Under the pieces are notes generated by a model. It was not told where the DNA came from, made no database searches, and saw nothing but the letters and a program-made list of their open reading frames with translations. Shown in pieces: positions 17,179 to 26,513 of a DNA stretch of 64,000 bases; position 1 is the first letter of the stretch; every line of letters begins with the position of its first letter. Position numbers and translations under genes: made by a program. The DNA is from Candidatus Xenobia bacterium. GTDB lineage: Bacteria > Vulcanimicrobiota > Xenobia > Xenobiales > QWHO01. The stretch is from contig BTUM01000018.1 of assembly GCA_045863235.1 (NCBI GenBank), positions 32,001-96,000 on the forward strand, written 5' to 3'.

Positions 17179-17442
17179 TGCGCTCCGGGGTGCACGCGCC
17201 ACGAGAACCTGCAGGCCCACCACGTGGTGTTTCGCTCGCGCGGGGGCTCGAATGCCGACGAGAACCTGATCATGCTGTGCGTGGCCTGCCACCTGCGACT
17301 GGTGCACCGGGGCTACCTGCGCATCAGCGGGCAGGCGGGGGAGCTTCGTTTCGAGCGGGCCGGCGAGGTCTTGCTGGGGGAGATGCGGGTGGTGAGCGTT
17401 GCGCCGGGCGGAACAGGGTCGGTCGATCACCCCGAGACGTAG
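17176..17442 (+). pseudogene. 5'-truncated HNH endonuclease fragment
   Basis: CCAPGCTRHENLQAHHVVFRSRGGSNADENLIMLCVACHLRLVH is an HNH signature. An in-frame stop lies at 17140-17142 and there is no start codon before the motif. Confidence 0.8.
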
Positions 17443-19061
17443 CCATTGAGTCGACTGAAGAACTCGTCCAGGGTCATGGTGACGCGCGACATGCCCACCC
17501 GCTCACGCTGAGGGCCCTGTCCTCTGCCGTCGGGATTGCCCTGCTCGTTGGGACCGTGGGGGTTGTAAAGATAGACCTTTCCCCCCTCGATTTTCTCGAC
17601 CATCATGGCGTGATTGCGGTCGCGGCCGTCCTTCGCGAAGCGGATCGACACGTAGGTCCCGGCGTAGCGTCCGTTGAGCTGACGCTCGAATTCTCGCCTC
17701 CCCTCGGGGCTATTCTTGAAATCGACGACCTTGCGGTTGCGATCTTTGCCCAGCAGGCCGTCCAACACATCGCTGGCGCCTTCCATGTGCATCCCCCCGC
17801 TGCGGCCTTCCCGGCCGCCCTTCTTCCAGCGGGCCTTGTCTGTTTCATTGTCATACTCGACGCCGGGCCCGATGGGCTCCCCGTAAGCTCGCCTGGTGGC
17901 GTCGTCGAATTCAGTCTCCCACACGCGCCTCTGCTCGTCGGCGCTCAAGTCTTTCCACTGGCGGCCGTCCTTGACCCGGAGGTCGGGAGGGACGCCGGGG
18001 ATCGTTCCTTCCCAACCCCGCTGCATGAGGCTGGACTGGACCAGGCGATCCACCTGGTTGCGATCGCTGTTGTCCTCGTTGATCGAGCTGGGAACCCGTC
18101 GGAGCGTGGTGCCGTCGCGCAGCCGCACCCTGTCATCCATGCCTTCGATCAGACCAGAGACGATCCGGGCATACTCGGCCGGGTCCCGCCTGGCGAGCAT
18201 ATACTGGATGGTGGCCGCGGCACAGGTGTCGCGGCCGCCCTGCTTGATGCGCTCCGGCTCGGCGAGCTGGCCCACGACGGTGTTCAGGATTTCGACCCGG
18301 TCGATGCGCTCGTCCACGATCCCCTGGCCGATGCCGATGTCGTGCAGGCGGTTGATCAGGGGGATGCCTTCCGAGTCGGTCTGGTCGAGCTTGTCGAGGA
18401 TTTTCTGGAGGTCGGCCTTGTTCTTGATAAGGGGGAGCAGGGCTTTGAGCCGCTCCTGCTGATAGGGCTCGAGGTTCTTGACGCTGGGATGCTCGAGGAT
18501 CTCCTTGTCGCTCGGTCCCCCGGGAGTGGGCTTGTCGCGGGCATCCGATTCGCGTGTTGCGGGGCGCTCGACGTCAGGCCTGGCCGGCCTGGCGCCGGGG
18601 CCGCCCGATTGTTTGCCGACCTCACGGTCCGGGCCGTCAGGCTGCGGGCCCACGGGTTTGGGGGTGGGCTGGTTCTGACGGGTCGGTGCGGGCGGTGTGG
18701 CCCCGGGCTTCGGGGGCGCACTCTTGGGTTGCGCCTGGTTGGTCATGAAGTCTTCCACCCGGATGTTCGTCTGCAGGGCGGGCGGCATGGGGCTATCTTT
18801 GGGGCCGGCCATCTCCAGGGTCATCAGCTGGTCGCCCGGGGAATCGCTCATCAGGTCGCGGGCGGCGCTCACCTGGGCGGTGAGCACGCGGCGGCTCCCT
18901 TCTACGGAGGACTCCAGGCCCACGGGGCTCACGTCCAGGGCCTGAAAGGCCGGCAGAGCGGTCCTTGAGCTCTCCAACTCGGGAGCCAGCTCCTCCCCGC
19001 CGGTTTGCCAGCGGACAGCCTCCAGGGGATCGAATGGACTGGTCGGTTGGATCCTGTGCAT
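17427..19061 (-). CDS. Protein with a Pro-rich disordered N-terminus and a putative papain-like cysteine peptidase domain
   Basis: IKQGGRDTCAAAT (Q..C) and NHAMMV...KVYLYNPHG (H, N) are in catalytic-triad order. Likely start MHRIQP at 19061. Confidence 0.65.
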   Translation of the reverse strand: MHRIQPTSPFDPLEAVRWQTGGEELAPELESSRTALPAFQALDVSPVGLESSVEGSRRVLTAQVSAARDLMSDSPGDQLMTLEMAGPKDSPMPPALQTNIRVEDFMTNQAQPKSAPPKPGATPPAPTRQNQPTPKPVGPQPDGPDREVGKQSGGPGARPARPDVERPATRESDARDKPTPGGPSDKEILEHPSVKNLEPYQQERLKALLPLIKNKADLQKILDKLDQTDSEGIPLINRLHDIGIGQGIVDERIDRVEILNTVVGQLAEPERIKQGGRDTCAAATIQYMLARRDPAEYARIVSGLIEGMDDRVRLRDGTTLRRVPSSINEDNSDRNQVDRLVQSSLMQRGWEGTIPGVPPDLRVKDGRQWKDLSADEQRRVWETEFDDATRRAYGEPIGPGVEYDNETDKARWKKGGREGRSGGMHMEGASDVLDGLLGKDRNRKVVDFKNSPEGRREFERQLNGRYAGTYVSIRFAKDGRDRNHAMMVEKIEGGKVYLYNPHGPNEQGNPDGRGQGPQRERVGMSRVTMTLDEFFSRLNGYVSG

Positions 19062-19065
19062 GTGC

Positions 19066-19500
19066 TCATTGCAGGGCCCGATCGGAGGCCCGTTCTCCTC
19101 CCCAGCGCAAGGTGATCTGGTCGTCATACTTGTCGGCGATCAGCACCACGGCCATCACCGAGCTGCGCAGCTCGGGCGGGTCGCAGGTGCTGCCCAACAC
19201 GGAGTGCTGGAAGAACACGTCTCCTTTGCCCTCCATCCCGAACCCTCCGAACAGGGCCCGGTTGTTCTCGTGCAGCAGAAATTCCAGCAGCTCATAGGTG
19301 GGATCCACGCCGGTGGCCACGTAGGCGCGGGTGACCAGCACGGAGTCCTCCTCGCCGAAGGGCTTGACGCTGACCTGCGCCATGGCCGACCCTACGGCCA
19401 CCCCCAACGTCAGCTCGTCAGGCGATGCCACCACCCGCTCCACGCCAAACAGCTCCACCAGCCACTGGCGGGCTTTCTCGTAGCAGGCCTCAGGCGTCAT
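19066..19500 (-). CDS. YbjN/T3SS-chaperone-like (CesT fold) protein
   Basis: 144-aa acidic protein with GSAMAQVSV...ELLEFLLHENNRALFGGFGM..GDVFFQHSVLG..DPPEL...IADKYDD. Confidence 0.75.
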   Translation of the reverse strand: MTPEACYEKARQWLVELFGVERVVASPDELTLGVAVGSAMAQVSVKPFGEEDSVLVTRAYVATGVDPTYELLEFLLHENNRALFGGFGMEGKGDVFFQHSVLGSTCDPPELRSSVMAVVLIADKYDDQITLRWGGERASDRALQ

Positions 19501-20050
19501 AGCTCGCTCCCGTCGTGGTGGTCTGCCGGTCGAGGTGGTCGCCGTAGGCGACCAGGGCGGCCAGGCGGCGAGAGGCGGATTCGACCAGGGGTGCGGCCTC
19601 TTCGTCTTGCCCCTGCTCGATCAGGTCGAAGGCTTCCAGCCACTGCTCGATGGCGGTCTTGAGGAAGGCGTGGATGAGGACGCTCTCCTGGGTGACCTCG
19701 TGTTGCTCGACGAGGAGATTGGCGTAAAGCTCCCAGCGCTTTTCGACTTCGGCGCGGGCGCCTTGCACGTCGCCCTGGGCGACCTTCAGATAGGGTCCCT
19801 GCTGCCACTCAGGCTCAATCAGCCACTCGCCGACCTGGATGAGGGCCGACTCCAGCGGGCGCTGCTCCCAGATCTCTTCGCGCCGACGCACGAAACTGGC
19901 ATAGAGATCCTCCACGTTCGAGTGGGGCTGTTCGGCCGCCCAGCGGTTGAAGAGAGCGCGGTTCAAATCACTGGTCAGGTTCTTTTGTCTGGAGTCTTCG
20001 TCCTGCGCCGGGATGGTCACAGAGGGCACAAAGGGACCAGGTGCCAGCAA
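19490..20050 (-). CDS. Hypothetical helical protein
   Basis: Protein-like composition; overlaps the start of the chaperone gene. True start uncertain. Confidence 0.6.
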   Translation of the reverse strand: MLAPGPFVPSVTIPAQDEDSRQKNLTSDLNRALFNRWAAEQPHSNVEDLYASFVRRREEIWEQRPLESALIQVGEWLIEPEWQQGPYLKVAQGDVQGARAEVEKRWELYANLLVEQHEVTQESVLIHAFLKTAIEQWLEAFDLIEQGQDEEAAPLVESASRRLAALVAYGDHLDRQTTTTGASYDA

Positions 20051-20136
20051 GTGCGCACGAAACGTCTGCTAATCCTTCGGTGGGGTCGCACAACAGGGCC
20101 GGCACGCAGAACGGCAGCAAGCACGCGCTCGCCCCC

Positions 20137-21759
20137 TCACGACTCCCTGGTCACCGGCACCATCAGGTGCGCCTCGCCCAGGTGCAGCGTTACCCGCCCG
20201 GGCGGACCCGGTTGGTAGCCGGCGGGGAAGGCGCCCAGGATGGGGTTGCGCATGAAGAACCAGGTGCCCTGCAGATCCAGGCGCAGGACGTCGCCCGGGA
20301 AGAAGACCGTGGCGCTCGGCAGCAGTTGTAGCTCCAGCGTCACTTTCTGGCCCGGCGAGAGCGGCTTGAGCTCCGTGTGGCTGTGCACCGGCTCCCACGG
20401 CCTGGACTCCTCGAGCTGCCGGTGTGACGCCCGCAGCATGCCGATCGTGACAGGGCCCCGGTTGAAACCGTAGGAGCCCTCGAACGTGACCTCCTGGCCG
20501 CCGCGCAGCTTGCGCACCGCCGCGAAGAGGTGGACGTCCGGAGCCGCCGCCTCCAGCTCGACCAGCAGCTTCATGGGCCCCGTCAGCTCGATCTCGCGCT
20601 CGATCTTCCACGAGAAGCTGAGACGCCCGCCGCGGCTCTGAAAGCTCGGCGAGCCGCTTCCGGGCGTGAGCTGCAGAGTCTTGTCCGCGTGCAGGTAAAG
20701 CTTCGTCCAGCGCGTCGAGTCCAGCGGCCAGGCCGTCTCGGCCCGCACGTCGTGCACCGTGTCGCCCGTGTCCCGCACCTCGAGTCGGACGCGCGGAAGC
20801 TTCGGGGGCGGGCCGTCCTTGAGGAAGTGGTCCAGGAACTCCGTCTGGGCCGCCAGCCCCGCGGGCGAGTAATACTCGGCCCACTTGCCGCCCCGGTGCG
20901 TGTAGAGCCATTTCTGCTCGGACGCGATCCGGTCGAACGCGCGGAAACTGCCCCGCGTGTGGAGGTTGTGATCGGAGAAGCTGCCGCAGATCAGCGCGGG
21001 TGTGACGATCTGGCCGAGATTGGGCGTCAGCGCCCGGTACCACTCGTCGCGCAGGTCGCGCCTGGTCTGTTCCTCTCGCAGGCGCGTGCGGCAGCGCGGC
21101 TGGCGCCTCACGGCAAAGGACCAGATGATGGTGAACCCGTCCTCGCGCACCCCGCCGGGGCGGACCAGATCGCGGTAGAGGTCGCTAAAGCCCTCCCAGG
21201 CCACCATCGCGGCCAGGTGCGGAGGGCGCAGCGCCGCCATCTTCCACTGGCTGAGGCACAGGTAGGAGACGCCGTTCGTGGCCACCTTCCCGGTGCACCA
21301 GGGCTGCCCGGCCACCCACTCGATGAGGTCGTAATAGTCCTGCGCCTCCTGGTCGGAGAACAGGTCGCCCTCGCCCTCGGAGCGAAAGAATCCGCGCAGG
21401 TCGCAGTTCACCAGCGCGTAGCCGCGCGGCACCCAGTAGCCCGGGTCCGGGCCCTCCCAGCTCGTCCACTGGCTCACGCTGAACGCTCCGGACTGGCGCA
21501 TCACGCGGTAGGTGAACGGGATCTTGCCGATCGGCAGGTTGTCTTTGCCGTAGGGGTGGGCGCAGACGATCGCGGGCCAGGGGCCGTCTCCCTCGGGAAG
21601 GAACAGGTTGCAGCGCAGCACCGTGCCGTCGCGGACGTTGAGCTCCTGGTCCTTCAAGAACCGCACGCCCTCAGGGGGCTTGGTGAAGGTCACCGGAGGC
21701 GCCAAGAACCGCTTGATGCGATCCAGCGCGTAGCCCGCTCCTGGGAAGTCGTAGCTCAT
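20137..21759 (-). CDS. CocE/NonD family hydrolase (S15-like)
   Basis: VRDGTVLRCNLFLP, PYGKD, RGFFRSEG, nucleophile motif GVSYL, and C-terminal LTGPM and GDVLRLDL. Confidence 0.9.
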   Translation of the reverse strand: MSYDFPGAGYALDRIKRFLAPPVTFTKPPEGVRFLKDQELNVRDGTVLRCNLFLPEGDGPWPAIVCAHPYGKDNLPIGKIPFTYRVMRQSGAFSVSQWTSWEGPDPGYWVPRGYALVNCDLRGFFRSEGEGDLFSDQEAQDYYDLIEWVAGQPWCTGKVATNGVSYLCLSQWKMAALRPPHLAAMVAWEGFSDLYRDLVRPGGVREDGFTIIWSFAVRRQPRCRTRLREEQTRRDLRDEWYRALTPNLGQIVTPALICGSFSDHNLHTRGSFRAFDRIASEQKWLYTHRGGKWAEYYSPAGLAAQTEFLDHFLKDGPPPKLPRVRLEVRDTGDTVHDVRAETAWPLDSTRWTKLYLHADKTLQLTPGSGSPSFQSRGGRLSFSWKIEREIELTGPMKLLVELEAAAPDVHLFAAVRKLRGGQEVTFEGSYGFNRGPVTIGMLRASHRQLEESRPWEPVHSHTELKPLSPGQKVTLELQLLPSATVFFPGDVLRLDLQGTWFFMRNPILGAFPAGYQPGPPGRVTLHLGEAHLMVPVTRES

Positions 21760-21845
21760 GCTCGGCTGGCATTCCCGGCCCGAGAGGCCGAGCCCTGGTC
21801 CGGGGCGAACCCCGGCGCATGCGCACGGTTCGGGCCGAAGCTCAT

Positions 21846-22136
21846 ATTAAGACGATGGGTAGCAAAGTCGTCAAGCTACAGCCGATCAACGGCTTCGCCG
21901 CGGAATTGACTGCCGGCACCGTCCTGCTCACCAGCGGCACCCTGGGCTTCCCCGTCTCGACCACCCACGTCACCACCGGTGCCATTATGGGTGTGGGGGC
22001 CTCCAAGCGCGTCTCGGCCGTGCGCTGGGGTGTGGCCGGGAACATCCTGACCGCCTGGCTCCTGACCATTCCTGCCGCCGCTTTCGTGGGGGGCATGGCG
22101 ATGTTGCTCATTAAGGCCCTGTCTCCCAGCATTTGA
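21846..22136 (+). pseudogene. C-terminal remnant of a PiT-family inorganic phosphate transporter
   Basis: IKTMGSKVVKLQPINGFAAE...GFPVSTTHVTTGAIMGVG...VRWGVAGNILTAWLLTIP is the PiT C-terminal signature. The N-terminal part is absent. Confidence 0.85.
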
Positions 22137-22259
22137 TGGTGGCCAGGACCTCTACGATCGCCGGCCTGCGGGTTCTCGGCTGAAAGCGAGCCTGCAGCCA
22201 ACCTGGCCCACGCATCGCGTTCCTGGCCGATCTGGCTCATGCGCTGAGGAGGCGGGAGC

Positions 22260-23072
22260 TTAAGGTTTTGCCTGAAACACCAGAGACGTGCCTTTCAGGG
22301 ACACGGCCACCGGGTTCGGCTGCAGCGCGCAGGCCAGCGCCAGAGTCTGGGCCACCGGACGAGCCGAGACCCAGCACGTCACATTGCCCGAGGGAGGCTG
22401 CCCCTCGATCGACAGCTTCATCTCCTTGGCGCTGATCTGACAGACAAACGCCAGATCAGCCATCATGAAGTCCATCGAGACCTTTTTGACCGGCGCCTGG
22501 CTCAGAGAGCTCAGGTTCTGCTCGAAACGGGCCACGACGGCCTTCAGGCTGGTCTGCCGAGCCACGATGGTCACTCCTCGATGCTTCGTCCATCCAAAGG
22601 ACGTGTTCTGCAGGACCTGATCCATGGCCTGACTCGCCACGAAAACCGAGTGCAGCGTGACCTTTCCCGAGACGTCGGGTGCGATCTGCACTTCCTTGCG
22701 GTCGACCAGGCACACCAATTTGACCGCATGGGGAAGGCTGGCCCCTTGCAGTCGCAAGCTCGGACCCTGGGACAGCGCCGCGTTGGCATCGCCCGCCATC
22801 GCTATCGGAAACCTCGCCGAGCCGTAACCGAGCACGATCTGGTGGGGGTCAACCGCATGCACCACATAAGACCCGAGGCTCTGGCCCGGACGCACCAGGT
22901 AGGCCTCACCGCCAGTGACCCGGACGATCGCGTAGCGACCGCTCTTGCAGACGAGCAGGCCCTCCACAGAGACGCCCGGCTCGGAAACCTCCTCAGCGGA
23001 TACGGCCCCTGACAGACACAGGAGCGCCCACAACGCTACAATCAGCCGCGCAGAGAACGGGAATGCAAGCAT
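22260..23072 (-). CDS. Secreted protein with a PilP/GspC-like segment and two secretin-N0/STN-like segments
   Basis: Signal peptide ending VSA. RYAIVRV..EAYLVRPGQSL..YVVHAV segment; LRLQGASL..IAPDVSGKVTL and VSMDFMMADL..SGNVT segments. Confidence 0.55.
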   Translation of the reverse strand: MLAFPFSARLIVALWALLCLSGAVSAEEVSEPGVSVEGLLVCKSGRYAIVRVTGGEAYLVRPGQSLGSYVVHAVDPHQIVLGYGSARFPIAMAGDANAALSQGPSLRLQGASLPHAVKLVCLVDRKEVQIAPDVSGKVTLHSVFVASQAMDQVLQNTSFGWTKHRGVTIVARQTSLKAVVARFEQNLSSLSQAPVKKVSMDFMMADLAFVCQISAKEMKLSIEGQPPSGNVTCWVSARPVAQTLALACALQPNPVAVSLKGTSLVFQAKP

Positions 23073-23175
23073 GCCAGCATACTAATCCGAAACACAGAGG
23101 GTTTCAACTGCATGACAATCGGGCGAACGCGCAATCTGTTGAGCGGCGCCGGAACGAAGTTCCAGCGCAAGAGCT

Positions 23176-23240
23176 TCAATCTTCCCGCGCCAGCCGCTGA
23201 CTGACCAGCGGCTCCCCGCAGCGCTCGGCAATGCGCCTGC
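23176..23240 (-). repeat. 65-bp imperfect direct repeat, copy 2 (current 3' end of the acyl-ligase fusion gene)
   Basis: Matches 17114..17178. Confidence 0.95.
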
Positions 23241-25779
23241 GCGCCTCGTGGGCCAGGGCGAGGGCTTGCTCGAACCCCGGGCCCTCCGGCTCGAGCAGGC
23301 CCAGGAACTCCACCACCAGACGCCCCGGCCGCGGGATCAGGCGCGGCCAGGGCAGGGCCCGCCGGGTGCCGCGCAGGGCCACCACGCACACCGGCACGCC
23401 CGCCTCGGCGGCGGCCAGGAACAGCCCGAGCATGAACGGCCGCAGCCCGATGCTGATCTCCAGCCCCCCTTCCGGATAGCCGGCGATCGTCTCCCCGGCG
23501 CGCAAGATGGACGCTTGCTCGCGAGCCTGCTCGGCGGCCGCGTCGGCCCGGCCGCGCACCACCGCGATCAGCCCCAGGTTGCCCAGCACGGGACGCACCA
23601 GGGGCAGGCGGGCTACCCAGCTGGCCACCACGAAACGAAGCGGCAGGGGGCAGGCGGCCATCAGGGCCAACGAGTCGAGCAAGCTGGAGTGGTTGGCCAC
23701 CAGCACGCAGGGTTGGCGGGGTGGCTCCCCGCTGACCGCCAGCTTCAGTCCGGTCAGGCGGAGCAGGGCCCGGCACAGGGGCCGGGTCAGCCTGCGCGCC
23801 TTGCGCGGCCCGGCCGCCAGCAAGGTCAGCCATGAGGCGGCCGCCAGCAGCCAGCACCAGCCTCCATAAGCCCGGCGGATCCCCTCTTTCAGGCCTGCGC
23901 GCAGGCGTCTTTTCAGCTCGGCCAGCACCAGCCTCAGGCCCGGGCGGTCTGGCCCGAGCTTACCCTCAAGCGCCCGCTTCTTGCACTCCGAGCGGCGGAT
24001 CTTCCCGCTTGGCGTCTTGAGCACGGCCCCCGGTGGGGCGAGCAGCACCCTGTCCGGCGCCAGGCCCAGGCCCTCGAGAATGCGCGTGCGCACGGCCTGC
24101 TCGAGCTCGGGGGAGGGCGCGCGGGTCTCGCACAGCACCCACAGCTCCTCGGTGCCCGACTCGCCCGAGCTCACCCCGAAGGCGGCCACGCAGCCGCGGC
24201 GCACGCCCTCCACCTCGGCGGCCAGATCCTCCACGTCTTCCGGGTGCAGGTTGCGGCCGGCCTTCAGGATCAGGTCCTTGAGCCGCCCGGTCACGTAGAG
24301 CTCACCCTCGAAGAGATAGCCCTGGTCGCCCGTATCCACCCAACCCTCGGGGTCCTTGACCGGCTCGGGACGGCGGTAGTACTCGCAGAGCGAGGACGGG
24401 CCACGGAACTCGACGGGGCCCTCCTGCCGCTCGCCGCTCGCGCCCCGGATGCGCACCTCCATGTCGGGCAGGGCGCTGCCGCACGAGACCACGGCTCGCC
24501 CCTCGAACAGGTCCGTCTTCAGTCCCCGCCCCGGGGGAGGAAAGGTCACCCCCAGCGAGGCCTCGGCCAACCCGTAGGCGGGGAAGACGGCTCCGGGCCG
24601 GAACCCGTAGGGCGCATAGCGGCGGCAGAAGCGCTCCATGGTCTCGGGTCGCACCGCCTCGGCGCCGTTGAGGGCGATGCGCCAGCTGGAGAGCTCCAGA
24701 CCCTCCAGCTCGGCGTCGGGAATGCGCCGGGCGCAGATCTCATAGGCGAAGTTGGGCGCCGGGGAGATGGTGGCCCGGTGGTGGCTGATGGCCTGCAGCC
24801 AGCGCGAGGGGCGGGCCAGGAAGTCCTGCGGCCCCATCAGCACCAGCGGGATGCCGTGGTACAGCGAGCCGAGCAGCGAGCCGATCAGCCCCATGTCGTG
24901 GTAGAGCGGCAGCCAGCTCACGGTGATGTCTTCGGGCCCGATGGCCATGCCGCGCCCGTAGGAGCGCAGGTTGGCCAGCAGGTTGGCGTGGCTCAGCACC
25001 ACCCCCTTGGGCTGGCCGGTGCTGCCCGAGGTATACTGGATCAGCGCCACGCCGCTCGGCTGGCAGGGAGCGGCCACCTCCAGGGGGAGGCTCTCCACCG
25101 CGGCCACCCGCCACGACCCGCGCATCAGGTCGGCCACGGCCCGGGCCGCCTCCAGCGTGACCAGCACCTTCACCCGGGCGTTCTCGAGGATGGCATGCTG
25201 GCGTTTGAGATACTCTTCGAGCTGGTCGAGCCGGAAGGGGGGATAGAGCGGCACCGGGATGGCTCCCAGCCGCAGAATGCCAAAGTGCAGGCCCAGAAAG
25301 GGCAGGCCGGTGGGGAGCATGCTGCCCACCCGGTCGCCCGGCTCCACCCCCAGCTCGACCAGCCCGGCGGCGTAACGCTCGGCCTCGCGCCACAGCTGGG
25401 CATAGCTGACGGGCGGGAGGCCCTCGAGGTAGAGGAAGGGGCGGTCGTGGGCGGCCTGGTAGGCCAGCACCTCGATCAGGGTCTCGGCTTTGTCGGGCAG
25501 GGGAGGAACGGCCGTGATCTGGGCGACCGGTTGCCTTTCGGGTGGGCGACCCTCCAGGGCGGCCACCAGGTCGGCCACGGTGGCGGCCTGAAAGACCGCC
25601 TGCTCGTTCACCCGCTGCCCCAGCTCGGCCTCCAGGCGCTGCACCAGCTGCACCCGCTCCAGGCTGCCCAGGCCGAAGTCGCGCTCGAGGTGAGCGTGCT
25701 GGCCCAGCGCATTGACGTCGCGCTCGGGAGTCAACTCGGCCGAGAGCTGCCTGACCGCCTGCAAGATGCGGTCGGTCAC
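23176..25779 (-). CDS. ACP + fatty acyl-AMP ligase + PlsC-type acyltransferase fusion
   Basis: DFGLGSLERV carrier motif. QYTSGSTGQPKGV, SWLPLYHDMGLIG, YGLAE, TGD, GRLKD and KTPSGK adenylation motifs. NHSSLLD and YPEG acyltransferase motifs. GTG at 25779 overlaps the upstream stop. Confidence 0.9.
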   Translation of the reverse strand: MTDRILQAVRQLSAELTPERDVNALGQHAHLERDFGLGSLERVQLVQRLEAELGQRVNEQAVFQAATVADLVAALEGRPPERQPVAQITAVPPLPDKAETLIEVLAYQAAHDRPFLYLEGLPPVSYAQLWREAERYAAGLVELGVEPGDRVGSMLPTGLPFLGLHFGILRLGAIPVPLYPPFRLDQLEEYLKRQHAILENARVKVLVTLEAARAVADLMRGSWRVAAVESLPLEVAAPCQPSGVALIQYTSGSTGQPKGVVLSHANLLANLRSYGRGMAIGPEDITVSWLPLYHDMGLIGSLLGSLYHGIPLVLMGPQDFLARPSRWLQAISHHRATISPAPNFAYEICARRIPDAELEGLELSSWRIALNGAEAVRPETMERFCRRYAPYGFRPGAVFPAYGLAEASLGVTFPPPGRGLKTDLFEGRAVVSCGSALPDMEVRIRGASGERQEGPVEFRGPSSLCEYYRRPEPVKDPEGWVDTGDQGYLFEGELYVTGRLKDLILKAGRNLHPEDVEDLAAEVEGVRRGCVAAFGVSSGESGTEELWVLCETRAPSPELEQAVRTRILEGLGLAPDRVLLAPPGAVLKTPSGKIRRSECKKRALEGKLGPDRPGLRLVLAELKRRLRAGLKEGIRRAYGGWCWLLAAASWLTLLAAGPRKARRLTRPLCRALLRLTGLKLAVSGEPPRQPCVLVANHSSLLDSLALMAACPLPLRFVVASWVARLPLVRPVLGNLGLIAVVRGRADAAAEQAREQASILRAGETIAGYPEGGLEISIGLRPFMLGLFLAAAEAGVPVCVVALRGTRRALPWPRLIPRPGRLVVEFLGLLEPEGPGFEQALALAHEARRRIAERCGEPLVSQRLARED

Positions 25780-26513
25780 AGCCGGACCCTCGTCGTGATG
25801 GGAAAGTGGTCGGAGGGGAACTTCCCGTTCAGGTGGCGGTGCACGATCTCGGCATGCAGCACTTGCAGGCGGGGGCTGGCGAAGATGAAGTCGATGCGCG
25901 GCCCGCTGCGCGCTCCGCTGAAGCCATGGAAGGTGCCCTGGCGCCTGGCGGTGGGGTGGCTCAGGCGGAAGGTGTCCAGCCAGCCGGCCTCCTTGAGCAG
26001 CCGCACCGGCCGCGAGCCTTCCTGGGCGTTGAAGTCGCCCAGCAGCAGAGTCGGGTGCTCGGGACGCACCCGCTCGAGCACGGCCTGCAGACCGAACAGG
26101 CGCGACTTCTGGCCTAGGTAGTCGAGGTGAAAGTTGAACACGTCCAGCTCCGCGCTGCGCACGAAGGTGCAGATGCGCGGCAGGGCTGCGTCCCAGGCCC
26201 GGCGGCCCAGCAGGCCTCTGGGGTGCAGCGCGAAGGTCCCCCCCTGCTCGACGTGGAGCCGGTCCGAGCGCCAGAAAATGCAGCACTGCTCGCCCCGTCC
26301 GCGCCCGTTGCGTCCCTCGCCCAGGCTGGCGTAGCCTGGCAGCGCCTGCTCGAGATCGCGCCGCTGGCCGGGGAGCACCTCCTGAAAGCCGATCAGGTCG
26401 GGACGCTCCTCGCGCAGCAGCTCCAGTGCCAGGGGGCGGCGTCGGCTCCAGGAGTTGGAGCCGTCCAGCACGGTGGCAAAGCGCAGGTTGAAGCTCATAA
26501 CGGTCAGCTCCAT
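25776..26513 (-). CDS. Endonuclease/exonuclease/phosphatase family protein
   Basis: VMSFNLR, DLIGFQE, NFHLD, LGDFN, RIDFIF and PSDHFP motifs. Confidence 0.92.
   Translation of the reverse strand: MELTVMSFNLRFATVLDGSNSWSRRRPLALELLREERPDLIGFQEVLPGQRRDLEQALPGYASLGEGRNGRGRGEQCCIFWRSDRLHVEQGGTFALHPRGLLGRRAWDAALPRICTFVRSAELDVFNFHLDYLGQKSRLFGLQAVLERVRPEHPTLLLGDFNAQEGSRPVRLLKEAGWLDTFRLSHPTARRQGTFHGFSGARSGPRIDFIFASPRLQVLHAEIVHRHLNGKFPSDHFPITTRVRL

Noticed and set aside
25780..26286. N-terminal extension of the 1036-aa ORF
   Set aside because: It overlaps the EEP gene in another frame. The GTG at 25779 gives the usual stop/start coupling.
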